From NCBI GenBank assembly GCA_039714175.1, contig JBDLJV010000002.1, forward strand, positions 1 through 36,280: a stretch of 36,280 bases of DNA, given 5' to 3'. How positions within the stretch are numbered: the stretch's first letter is position 1; every line of letters starts with the position of its first letter. The notes beneath the pieces are model-generated. The model was given only the letters and a program-made list of their open reading frames with translations. It ran no database searches and had not been told where the DNA came from. This document shows positions 17,265 to 25,388 of this stretch, piece after piece. Both the position numbers and the translations under genes were made by a program. This DNA is from Actinomycetota bacterium (GTDB lineage Bacteria; Actinomycetota; Acidimicrobiia; Spongiisociales; UBA5794).

Positions 17265-18623
17265 ATGACTCTCTGGTCCGGTGGACGGTTCGAGGAGGGG
17301 CCTGCTGAGTCGTTGTGGCGTTTCACGGTGGACACGTCTGACAGACGCATGCTGGTCGACGATATTCGCGGCTCGATGGCGCATGCGACGATGCTCGGCC
17401 AGGTGGAGCTCCTGTCGTCGTCGGATTCAGCAACGATGCTTGACGGTCTTGACACGATCATGGACGAGGCCGAGACGGGTTCGTTCGAGTTCCTGGACAC
17501 AGATGAGGACGTGCATTCGGCTGTCGAGCGGCGGCTTGGAGAGTTGATCGGGGATCTGGCAGGCAAGCTGCACACAGGGCGATCCCGCAATGATCAGGTT
17601 GCCCTCGATCTCCGTCTGTACCTCAAGAGGTCCGGTGAGAATCGGATCTCCCAGCTGAGGGACTTCATTCAGGTCCTCGTGGATGTCTCCAAGCGCGTCG
17701 GTGAGACAGTTGTGCCGAGCTACACACACATGCAGCAGGCGCAGGCAGTCCCTCTTGCACATCATCTCCTGGCGTACGCCTGGATGCTCAAGCGAGATGT
17801 CGAGCGTTTCACTGACGCGCTCGTCCGCATCGATGTCTCCCCGCTTGGTGCTGGAGCTTCAGGAGGGTCCTCCCTCTCGCTGAATGCTGCAGCCTCTGCG
17901 GAGCTGCTCGGCATGGCGGATCTGTTTGACAACTCGATGGATGCGGTGGGCTCACGCGATGTCGCTGCCGAGTATGTGTGGTGCTCGACCCAGGCGCTGC
18001 TGCATCTGTCCCGGCTGTCCGAGGAACTGCTCCTGTGGTCGACGAGCGAGTTCGGGTGGGTGACCTTCTCCGATGCCTACACGACGGGTTCGTCCGCAAT
18101 GCCCCAGAAGAAGAACGCTGACATTGCGGAACTCGTGCGTGGCAAAGCCGCCACGGTTGTTGGGGATCTCACAGCCATTGCTGCGCTGCAGAAGGGACTC
18201 CCGATGACCTACAACAGGGATCTTCAGGAGGACAAGCGGATCGTGTTCCATGCCGATGACACGCTTGCTGGTTCTCTCGAAGCCCTGGGGGGCATGATTG
18301 GCACCGCTGAGTTCCACGCACCGGAGCCCTCCTCATGGGTGACCGCGCTCGATCTCGCTGAGGTCCTCGTACGACGTGGTGTCCCATTCCGTGAGGCGCA
18401 CCACGTGGTAGGTGGTCTCGTTGCCCAGCTCATTTCTCGCGGCCAGTCCTTCGAGGATCTCACGGAGGAACAGCTGACTACGTTCGATGGCCGGTTCGCT
18501 GGTTCAGACCTCTCTTCTGTGGAAGCAGCAACATCTGTTGGTGTTCGGGCAACTCACGGCGGCGGATCAGCTGCGTCGGTCGCGGAGCAGATCGCTTCGA
18601 TGGAATCGTTTCTCAACGGCTGA
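17265..18623 (+). CDS. argH: Argininosuccinate lyase
   Basis: Fumarate-lyase signature GSSAMPQKKNADIAE and N-terminal LWSGRF-like MTLWSGGRFEE. Confidence 0.95.
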   Translation: MTLWSGGRFEEGPAESLWRFTVDTSDRRMLVDDIRGSMAHATMLGQVELLSSSDSATMLDGLDTIMDEAETGSFEFLDTDEDVHSAVERRLGELIGDLAGKLHTGRSRNDQVALDLRLYLKRSGENRISQLRDFIQVLVDVSKRVGETVVPSYTHMQQAQAVPLAHHLLAYAWMLKRDVERFTDALVRIDVSPLGAGASGGSSLSLNAAASAELLGMADLFDNSMDAVGSRDVAAEYVWCSTQALLHLSRLSEELLLWSTSEFGWVTFSDAYTTGSSAMPQKKNADIAELVRGKAATVVGDLTAIAALQKGLPMTYNRDLQEDKRIVFHADDTLAGSLEALGGMIGTAEFHAPEPSSWVTALDLAEVLVRRGVPFREAHHVVGGLVAQLISRGQSFEDLTEEQLTTFDGRFAGSDLSSVEAATSVGVRATHGGGSAASVAEQIASMESFLNG

Positions 18624-18634
18624 CCGGATCCGAC

Positions 18635-19114
18635 ATGGCGATCACCCTGCTACCGGCACGTCCTTCCGACATCCGCACGTTTCTGGCGTGGAGGTACGAG
18701 CCGCCGTACGACATCTACGACATCACCGACGATGTGGATGAGTCCATCGAGTACTTCCTTGATCCGTCAGTGCAGTGCCACGTGCTGGTTGATGATGGGG
18801 AGTTGATCGGCTTCTGCACGTTCGGCCCTGATGGACGGATCCCCGGTGGTTCATACGACGAGGATGCGATCGACATCGGACTGGGGATGGATCCGAAGAG
18901 GATCGGACGGGGTCGCGGACGTGACTTCGTCGAGGCGGTCGCTGATCACGCGGCTGCACTGTTCCCTGAAGTGACGCAACGCGTGACGATCGCGACCTGG
19001 AACGACCGAGCCCTGGCAACCTGGCGTGGTGTTGGATTCCTCGAGGTTGCACGGTTCTCTGTGGGAGATCCCATCATGGGAACGCGGGACTTCGTGATCC
19101 TGACATCATCCTGA
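18635..19114 (+). CDS. GNAT-family acetyltransferase
   Basis: 159 aa with a GRGRGRDFVEAV acetyl-CoA-loop-like motif and a typical GNAT beta-alpha layout. Substrate unknown. Confidence 0.75.
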   Translation: MAITLLPARPSDIRTFLAWRYEPPYDIYDITDDVDESIEYFLDPSVQCHVLVDDGELIGFCTFGPDGRIPGGSYDEDAIDIGLGMDPKRIGRGRGRDFVEAVADHAAALFPEVTQRVTIATWNDRALATWRGVGFLEVARFSVGDPIMGTRDFVILTSS

Positions 19115-19137
19115 GGTCTGATCCCTCAGGCAATCGT

Positions 19138-19305
19138 TCAGGCAGCGGTTTGGGCTGGTTCGAGGGTGATGCAGTCCGAGCACATCGTGTCCGGGCAGTT
19201 GGCGACGAGTTCCACCGTGAGCCCTCCGGCGTCGAACCATGCCTCGAGTTCTCGCTTGCTCATCGCCATGAGATCGTTTGTCTTTGTTGTGTGAATGAGT
19301 GTCAT
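19138..19305 (-). CDS. Small hypothetical protein (55 aa) with a C-terminal Cys cluster
   Basis: MTLIHTTKTNDLMAMSKRELEAWFDAGGLTVELVANCPDTMCSDCITLEPAQTAA. By my count about 73% of third codon positions are G/C, consistent with coding. It fills an otherwise empty 283-bp gap. I recognised no homology. Confidence 0.4.
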   Translation of the reverse strand: MTLIHTTKTNDLMAMSKRELEAWFDAGGLTVELVANCPDTMCSDCITLEPAQTAA

Positions 19306-19350
19306 CGTTTCCATGCACACAAGGTATCCAGCGGGTATGACACGAAACGA

Positions 19351-19392
19351 CATCCGACGCCTGACTCCTCGTGCCTGACGCCTGATAGCCTG
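19351..19392. repeat. 6 in-phase heptamers (NGCCTGA type)
   Basis: catccga cgcctga ctcctcg tgcctga cgcctga tagcctg. The last unit contains a TAGCCT -10-like hexamer 6 nt from the cupin ATG. Confidence 0.75.
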
Positions 19393-19397
19393 TTTTC

Positions 19398-19745
19398 ATG
19401 GAACTGAAACGTTATGCAGATGCAGCACCGTTCGTATTCGGTGACTTCGAACTGAGAGAACTCACCCCCGACGCCTACGACGGTTCATCCTTCGCCGAGA
19501 TCGTCGTGCCCATCGGCGCAGACCGGACACCCCGTGTTTCTGAGAAAGATCACAGGATGTACCTTGTGCTCGTTGGGGATATCGAATTCAAGATCGATGA
19601 GGAGATCCTCCGGTTGACATCTGGCGATGTGCTCCACATCGACAAGGGCGAGACCTACGGTTTCCACAACGGTGGGTATCAAGAGGGCCGGCTGCTCCTC
19701 ATTCGTGTGCCGGGTCCGGCATTGCCGGGCGCTGCCCAGCCCTAG
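19398..19745 (+). CDS. Cupin-domain protein
   Basis: 115 aa with a beta-barrel-type sequence: HRMYLVLVGDIEFKI...GDVLHIDKGETYGFHN. Confidence 0.75.
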   Translation: MELKRYADAAPFVFGDFELRELTPDAYDGSSFAEIVVPIGADRTPRVSEKDHRMYLVLVGDIEFKIDEEILRLTSGDVLHIDKGETYGFHNGGYQEGRLLLIRVPGPALPGAAQP

Positions 19746-19760
19746 GCCGTCCGACGGCCT
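19744..19760. terminator. Short hairpin AGGCCGT-ccg-ACGGCCT between convergent genes
   Basis: 7-bp perfect stem between the cupin stop (19743-19745) and the hemolysin-III stop (19765-19767). There is no U-tract. Confidence 0.4.
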
Positions 19761-19764
19761 GACA

Positions 19765-20430
19765 TCAGGCTGCGTGCGGGAGCACGTACCGCCAGATCAT
19801 CACGAAATGCACGCTGGTGGCTGCAACAACCATGACGTGGAACACCTCGTGGTACGAGAAGACCCTTGGCCACAGGCGTGGCCTATTCGTGATCAGAAGA
19901 ACCATCCCGACGGAGTAGATGGCGCCACCCATGACGGCAAGCGCCGCTCCAGCCCAGCCGAGCTCCTGCACGAATTTCCACGCAATCGTCGTACCGAGCC
20001 AACCCATCGTCATGGCAAGTGCCATGGAGAACGTCTGTTTGTCCCGAGGGAAGAAGCCGTGCTGGATCGCTCCGGTCGCGACGATTCCCCATGCAATGGC
20101 GAGGACCGTCCACCGCAACCATCCATCAAGAGTCGCTATGGCGATCGGTGTGTAGGTGCCTGCGACGAGGACCAGGATCATCGAATGGTCGAGGCGCTGC
20201 ATCCGCTTCTTCCACTTCTCACGCCACGGGATGGCGTGGTACAGGGAGCTGGTCGTGTAGAGGGCAACCATCGCAAGCCCGAACACGATTGATCCGAAGC
20301 GGATACCCCAGTTGGGGGAGACCCAGGCCAGGAAGACGGTGCCACCGAGTGCGGCGACTGCCGCGCCACCGTGTAAGAACCCACGGATGGGGTTCTGCAT
20401 CTTCCCGAGAGTCCAACGAGGGCGTTCCAT
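19765..20430 (-). CDS. Hemolysin-III / PAQR-family membrane protein
   Basis: Seven hydrophobic spans and motifs SSLYHAIPW, LDHSMILVLVAGTYTP and FSYHEVFHVMVV. ATG 20430 is preferred; GTG 20472 is possible. Confidence 0.88.
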   Translation of the reverse strand: MERPRWTLGKMQNPIRGFLHGGAAVAALGGTVFLAWVSPNWGIRFGSIVFGLAMVALYTTSSLYHAIPWREKWKKRMQRLDHSMILVLVAGTYTPIAIATLDGWLRWTVLAIAWGIVATGAIQHGFFPRDKQTFSMALAMTMGWLGTTIAWKFVQELGWAGAALAVMGGAIYSVGMVLLITNRPRLWPRVFSYHEVFHVMVVAATSVHFVMIWRYVLPHAA

Positions 20431-20558
20431 GGTTGGGAGAGTATCCACGGAATCAGCTATCGGGGCAAACACTTCCTTGTTGGAGTGACTGTCGCGACTC
20501 CCCTGTTGGTGGGAGAGGGTCCTAGGCTCGGGCTTGAAGCGGCCGTTGGGGAGCGCCG

Positions 20559-21341
20559 ATGCATGTGCCTATGAGCCTGAAGAAGCCTCTGTATCAGGTC
20601 TATGAGTCGCGACTTCTCCAGACGCTCAACCGGCCTGCGTTGCCACAGCACATTGGTGTCATCCACGACGGCCATCGCAGGTATGCCCGGGAGGAAGGAC
20701 TCCCCGATTACACGGCCTCCTACAGGGTCGGGATGGACAAGTTCGTTGAGTTCCTTGGATGGACGGCTGAGCTTGAGATCCCTGCTGTGACGTGCTGGTT
20801 GCTGTCGACGGAGAACCTCGAACGGCCAGATGAGGAGTTGATTCCGTACTACGACGTTCTCATCGAACTGTTCGACCGAATACCGTTGACACCTGCAGGG
20901 CAGGATGTGACCGTTCGGTTCATAGGAAGCATCGACCTGCTTCCCACGAACATCCAGGACGCGATCAAACGGCTCCAGGAAGCCTGCGCGACGGGCTCGC
21001 GACGTGTCACGATCGCCCTCGCCTACGGAGGCCGGCAGGAGATCGTCGACGGTGTTCGGGAGCTGCTGGGGAAGCTTGCCGCCGAGGGCGTCCCGAGTAG
21101 CGAGATGGCCACACACATCGACCGCGACAGCATCTCAGCGCAGATGTACGCGTCGGATCTGCCAGATCCGGACCTTGTCCTGCGTACCTCTGGTGAGGCG
21201 AGGCTTTCCGGCTTCCTTCTCTGGCAGGCCGCGTACGCGGAGTACTCCTTCGTGGATGTCTACTGGCCGGCGTTCCGCCACATCGATTTCCTCCGCGCCA
21301 TGCGCGACTTCACCAAGCGCGAACGCCGATACGGGCGATAG
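20559..21341 (+). CDS. Short-chain Z-isoprenyl diphosphate synthase (UppS family, M. tuberculosis Rv1086-like)
   Basis: LKKPLYQVYESRLLQ N-terminus, HIGVIHDGHRRYA, STENLERP, and PDPDLVLRTSGEARLSGFLLWQAAYAE...FLRAMRDFTKRERRYGR. Confidence 0.92.
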   Translation: MHVPMSLKKPLYQVYESRLLQTLNRPALPQHIGVIHDGHRRYAREEGLPDYTASYRVGMDKFVEFLGWTAELEIPAVTCWLLSTENLERPDEELIPYYDVLIELFDRIPLTPAGQDVTVRFIGSIDLLPTNIQDAIKRLQEACATGSRRVTIALAYGGRQEIVDGVRELLGKLAAEGVPSSEMATHIDRDSISAQMYASDLPDPDLVLRTSGEARLSGFLLWQAAYAEYSFVDVYWPAFRHIDFLRAMRDFTKRERRYGR

Positions 21342-21392
21342 GAGGAGAGGAACTCCTCCTCGTAGTACGTGCAACAGGAAGTGAGTTGTCGA

Positions 21393-21752
21393 TCAGACAG
21401 CTGATTCGTCCATCTGCATCATTCCGAAGAGGACGCCGTTCGGATCTGTCGCCATAACCAGCCAACCGACGGTTGGCACCGCTTGCTTCTCGACGGTGAT
21501 CGTTCCTCCTGCTTCCGCGACCTTGTCGCGGTATGTGTCGATGTCGTCGACATCCATCGTGATGACAACCTTCTGGCCGTGTTCCTCCGTGGGTGCGATT
21601 GCGCCGTCGATGCCCGGTCCCTCACCGGTCATCTGGAGCCAGTAGGGGAAGTCTCCCCATCGCTGTGTCTCCCAGTTGAACACCTCGGCGTAGAACGACA
21701 CCGATGCATCCGGGTCGTCTCCATGAAACTCGAAGTGGATTGGTCTGGGCAT
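21393..21752 (-). CDS. VOC (glyoxalase/bleomycin-resistance) family protein
   Basis: The start is at MPRPIHFEFHGDD (ATG 21752), preceded by GGAGAGAGGAGG. The 119-aa length is typical of single-domain VOC proteins. Confidence 0.82.
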   Translation of the reverse strand: MPRPIHFEFHGDDPDASVSFYAEVFNWETQRWGDFPYWLQMTGEGPGIDGAIAPTEEHGQKVVITMDVDDIDTYRDKVAEAGGTITVEKQAVPTVGWLVMATDPNGVLFGMMQMDESAV

Positions 21753-21906
21753 GAGCCTCCTCTCTCCGTCTCCCGAACGTACACGTGCCCGGATCGACTG
21801 ACAAGAGCCAGCGGTGACACGTTGTGATCTCAGGCTGAGCGGAACCCATTCTGTCAGACAGCTGACAGCGAGGGCTACCGAGCGATCGGACGGCGGAGCC
21901 GTCCCC

Positions 21907-22593
21907 CTATCTCGACCGGAGTTCGAGGGGGATGTGGTCCTGGTCGTTGAATGTGCGGAGGCTTGGCACGTGGGCACCGGCCAGTGGGATGAACTTCACC
22001 CGTGCAAAGGACGCGTGGAAGAGAACGAACTTCTCCCATTCCCACGGGGAGGGCGGCGCTCCCATCAGGTGGGTCAAGCAGACCGAGTTCGTACCACCGT
22101 GCGCAACGATGACCAGTCGACCGGGATCGTTCTCGACATCCCACAACCGCTCGTCACCCTTGTTGCGTGTGATTCCGCGCTCGGCCAGTAAACCGTCGAG
22201 CGCGGTTGTCACGCGGTCGTGGAAGTCGCGGAAGGATTCGCCGCCAGGGAGGCCGTCCCACCACTCGTCGGGTGCACGGTGCTTGGTGGTCTTGAAGATC
22301 TCGACAACCGCTTCTTCGGTTATGCCGCGCCAATCCGGCATCTGGATTTCGAGGAGCCCGTCGACGGTATCGATTGCGAGCTCAGTCTCGCGTGCGATGG
22401 GTTGCGCTGTCTCCTGTGATCGTCTCGCGGGGGAGACGATCAGTTCCCTTGCTGTGGCCTTCTCGTCGGTCGCGATCCGTTCCGCTGCGAGCTCGGCTTG
22501 CTTCCAACCGAGCTCCGTCAGGTGGGGATCCATCTGGGAGAGGCCGTCTACGGCCCACTGGGGCTGTCCATGACGTACGAAGATGATGTCCAT
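21907..22593 (-). CDS. Histidine phosphatase (phosphoglycerate-mutase-like) family protein
   Basis: MDIIFVRHGQPQW (RHG motif) and a later IVAHGGTN. Confidence 0.9.
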   Translation of the reverse strand: MDIIFVRHGQPQWAVDGLSQMDPHLTELGWKQAELAAERIATDEKATARELIVSPARRSQETAQPIARETELAIDTVDGLLEIQMPDWRGITEEAVVEIFKTTKHRAPDEWWDGLPGGESFRDFHDRVTTALDGLLAERGITRNKGDERLWDVENDPGRLVIVAHGGTNSVCLTHLMGAPPSPWEWEKFVLFHASFARVKFIPLAGAHVPSLRTFNDQDHIPLELRSR

Positions 22594-22608
22594 GCCGGCA
22601 GGGTAGTT

Positions 22609-22664
22609 TCAATCGGTAGCCGGCAATCGGAAACCGTGAATCGTGAACCGGAAACCGTGAACTT
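22609..22664. repeat. 8 in-phase heptamers (NNAAYCG type)
   Basis: tcaatcg gtagccg gcaatcg gaaaccg tgaatcg tgaaccg gaaaccg tgaactt. Confidence 0.8.
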
Positions 22665-22676
22665 CCTCAGAAAGAA

Positions 22677-22704
22677 CCGAAGGCCGCCTATTAGGCGGCC
22701 TCGG
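22677..22704. repeat. 21-bp perfect palindrome AGGCCGCCTA-t-TAGGCGGCCT, extendable by 3 bp with one bulge
   Basis: Arms 22681-22690 and 22692-22701 are complementary. In minus-strand sense it is followed by ttcggttctttctg. Confidence 0.8.
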
Positions 22705-22786
22705 CTCGGGCTTAGACGGGAGGTTAGGAAGGCATCCTGTCTGACTACCGTATCGACCGAACAGGACGATTACTTGAGAGGTTTTC

Positions 22787-23347
22787 TTGAATTCTTTGGA
22801 CGCTGCCAAGAGAGCCCTGATCGTGCATCTGAAAGAACATGCCGTGAGAACGGATGGGCCGTTCACACTTCGTTCCGGAGAGACATCCAGCTGGTACATC
22901 GATGCCAGACAGACCACGTTCTCCGGGGAGGGTGCGCGCCTGTGCGGTGCTGCTGTCCTCGCAGAAATTCCTGACGACGTCGACGCTGTCGGCGGCATGA
23001 CCATGGGTGCAGATCCGATTGCCGTGGCAACAGCAATAGTGGCAGCCGAGCTGAACATGGGGTTGGCCTCCTTCTCCATACGCAAGGAGGAGAAGGACCA
23101 CGGAACAGGTGGTCGCCTCGTCGGGCCGATCGGCAAGGGGTCTCGTGTGGTTGCCATCGAGGACACGACAACGACGGGCTCGGCTCTCGTGGAGGCGATC
23201 TCGGCACTCCATGACGCCGGCGTCGCCGTGGTCAAGGCGGTTGCGTTGGTTGATCGATCGGCAGGGGCCGCTGCTGATCGCGTGGAAGCGTTTGGAATAC
23301 CCTATGTTGCGATCGTGACACCTGACGATCTCGGAGTGGAGAACTGA
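22787..23347 (+). CDS. pyrE: Orotate phosphoribosyltransferase
   Basis: FTLRSGETSSWYID and the PRPP loop VVAIEDTTTTGSA. TTG start with GAGAGG 5 nt upstream. Confidence 0.9.
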   Translation: MNSLDAAKRALIVHLKEHAVRTDGPFTLRSGETSSWYIDARQTTFSGEGARLCGAAVLAEIPDDVDAVGGMTMGADPIAVATAIVAAELNMGLASFSIRKEEKDHGTGGRLVGPIGKGSRVVAIEDTTTTGSALVEAISALHDAGVAVVKAVALVDRSAGAAADRVEAFGIPYVAIVTPDDLGVEN

Positions 23348-23349
23348 CG

Positions 23350-24006
23350 ATGCGGGTTTACCGCTCTCCATTGAAGCTGTTCGTCTTCGGCATGATCGGG
23401 ATCTTCCTCATCGCCGCAGCTGCTGATGTTGCCTTTGGTCATTGGATTTCGACGCCGCCTGAGAGCAACAACGGTGTGCTCACGACTCGAGGCCAGGCCC
23501 AACAGAGGGGCGATCTCATGTGGGGTGGTGTGATGGTCGCGACGGGCGTGATGCTGTTCGGGGTCTCGATCACAGAGCTGGTCAAACGCAAGCCTTCGGT
23601 CATCATCGATGGGGAGGGCGTGCATGTCGATACGGGAGGTGTCGGAGATGGCTTCATCCCATGGGAGGGAATCGAAGCTGTCTCAAGTGGGGTTCTCTCC
23701 GATCCGTTCGATGGGAGTGTTCGGGGCCAACTCATCATCGAGATGGAGCCCGATCGACATGTGTCGATCGATGCCCCTGGTGTCACGATGGCTGGCAGCA
23801 GGGTGTATGTCGACGCACATGATTGGACGAAGCGAGTCACCGAAGTTGCATTGGCTGCCCAAGGCGCCCATGACCACTACCGGCGGATCGAAGGGCTGAA
23901 GACATACGAACCCCCATCGATGGTGTGGGAGACCACGGTCGACCAGCCCGACGCGTCAGCGGGTGAGCAATCAGAAGAGTCAGACACGGCGGAGGTTGAA
24001 GAATGA
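23350..24006 (+). CDS. Hypothetical membrane protein (two N-terminal TM spans, soluble domain, acidic tail)
   Basis: TM1 LFVFGMIGIFLIAAAADVAF and TM2 WGGVMVATGVMLFGVSI. Tightly packed between pyrE and nfo, with an ATGA overlap at 24003. Confidence 0.7.
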   Translation: MRVYRSPLKLFVFGMIGIFLIAAAADVAFGHWISTPPESNNGVLTTRGQAQQRGDLMWGGVMVATGVMLFGVSITELVKRKPSVIIDGEGVHVDTGGVGDGFIPWEGIEAVSSGVLSDPFDGSVRGQLIIEMEPDRHVSIDAPGVTMAGSRVYVDAHDWTKRVTEVALAAQGAHDHYRRIEGLKTYEPPSMVWETTVDQPDASAGEQSEESDTAEVEE

Positions 24007-24761
24007 TCATTGGAGCCCATGTGAGTCCACAGGACCCGCTCAACGAGGCGGAGTTGCGCGATGCCGATGCCGTGCAGATCTTCATGTCCAATCCGCAGCA
24101 GTGGAAGGCCCCGATTCCCCGCACGGATACCGAGGAGTTGAAGGCATCTCCGATCGAGTTTTATGTGCACGCACCATATCTACTGAACCTTGCGTCGCCG
24201 AACAACAAGGTGCGGATCCCGTCACGCAAGGCCCTTGCGCAAGCGGTCGAAGCTGCGACCACAATTGGTGCCAAGGGTGTGGTCGTGCACGGCGGCAGCG
24301 TCGGGGCTGATGAGGACGCCGAGATCGGTTTCGAACGGTGGCGCAAGGCACTTACATCGTTCGACGTGACGGTGCCGGTGCTGGTTGAGAACACGGCGGG
24401 CAGGGGCAACTCGATCATGCACGATCTCGAGAACTACGGTCCCCTGTGGGACCACATCGGCGATCTCAACGTTGGTGTGTGTCTCGACACGTGTCACGCC
24501 TGGGCCTCGGGAGCGAACCTCGAGACCGCCGTCGATGTTGTCACGGCTAGCACTGGCAGCATCGCCCTGGTGCATGCCAATGACTCGAAGGACGAGGCCG
24601 GCTCGCACAGGGATCGCCACGCGAACTTCGGCGAGGGACACATCCCGGAGGCCTTGCTCATCGGAACGATCAAGGCCGCCAACACAGATGTGATCGTGGA
24701 AACCCCCGGGCTGGTCGAAGGCCAGTCCGCAGACATTGCCTGGCTTCGTGAACGCCTCTAG
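24003..24761 (+). CDS. nfo: Deoxyribonuclease IV (AP endonuclease family 2)
   Basis: HAPYLLNLASP, VVHGG, ENTAG, CLDTCHAWASG, HANDSK and DRHANFGEGHI. Confidence 0.92.
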   Translation: MIIGAHVSPQDPLNEAELRDADAVQIFMSNPQQWKAPIPRTDTEELKASPIEFYVHAPYLLNLASPNNKVRIPSRKALAQAVEAATTIGAKGVVVHGGSVGADEDAEIGFERWRKALTSFDVTVPVLVENTAGRGNSIMHDLENYGPLWDHIGDLNVGVCLDTCHAWASGANLETAVDVVTASTGSIALVHANDSKDEAGSHRDRHANFGEGHIPEALLIGTIKAANTDVIVETPGLVEGQSADIAWLRERL

Positions 24762-25326
24762 CGGAGCGGCGCAGTCCCCGGTGGACCTCGGTCCCGCGGT
24801 CGAGGGGGAGCAACCAGCATTGTCGGTGGACTATCGCTACTCCGTGATGCATGGAAGAGATGCCCGGACAACCCTCGACTTTTCGGTTGCTGGCGGTAGT
24901 TCGATCGTCTACGACGGGACGCGCTACGAACTCGAGAGTTACCACTTCCACACACCCAGCGAGCATGCCATCGATGGTGAGTATGCAGCAGGTGAGGTCC
25001 ACTTCGTCCACAGGAGCGCCGACGGAGAGCGAGCTGTGATGGGGGTCTTCATCGGGGAAGGCGAGATGGCGAAGCCCCCGGTACGACTTGAACAGGCAGT
25101 TGCCATGAAGTCGCTCGTTCCAGAATCGATGACGTACTACGCGTATGAGGGATCGTTGACAACACCTCCCTATACCGAAGGTGTCCGGTGGATCGTGCTT
25201 ACCGAGAGAATCGAGATGCACTCCGACTGGCTTTCGGCATTCAGCGACCGCTACGGCGCCAACAACCGCGCGCTTCAGGCATTGAACGGCCGCACGGTCT
25301 GCATCGGATCGCCAGCTGAGCACTAG
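24736..25326 (+). CDS. Alpha-class carbonic anhydrase, compact, with no signal peptide
   Basis: QSPVDL, zinc histidines in YHFHTPSEH...GEVHFVH, and YEGSLTTPPYTEG. The start (TTG 24736 or GTG 24748) overlaps the nfo 3' end. Confidence 0.85.
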   Translation: MPGFVNASSGAAQSPVDLGPAVEGEQPALSVDYRYSVMHGRDARTTLDFSVAGGSSIVYDGTRYELESYHFHTPSEHAIDGEYAAGEVHFVHRSADGERAVMGVFIGEGEMAKPPVRLEQAVAMKSLVPESMTYYAYEGSLTTPPYTEGVRWIVLTERIEMHSDWLSAFSDRYGANNRALQALNGRTVCIGSPAEH

Positions 25327-25388
25327 TTACCTCTGCACTTGCGGAAATCCTTCTGAACGAAGACGGTTTCCAGTGGTACTTTCACATC

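Noticed and set aside
18635-19305. GNAT toxin / small antitoxin pair (TacT/KacT-like).
   Set aside because: The small ORF is convergent with the GNAT gene rather than upstream and co-transcribed. It has no RHH/HTH-like features.
22771-22789. PyrR-binding-loop-like sequence (uugAGAGGuu) in front of pyrE.
   Set aside because: Only the GAGAGGYU part matches, and it coincides with the Shine-Dalgarno of pyrE. No anti-terminator/terminator pair or flanking stem was evident.
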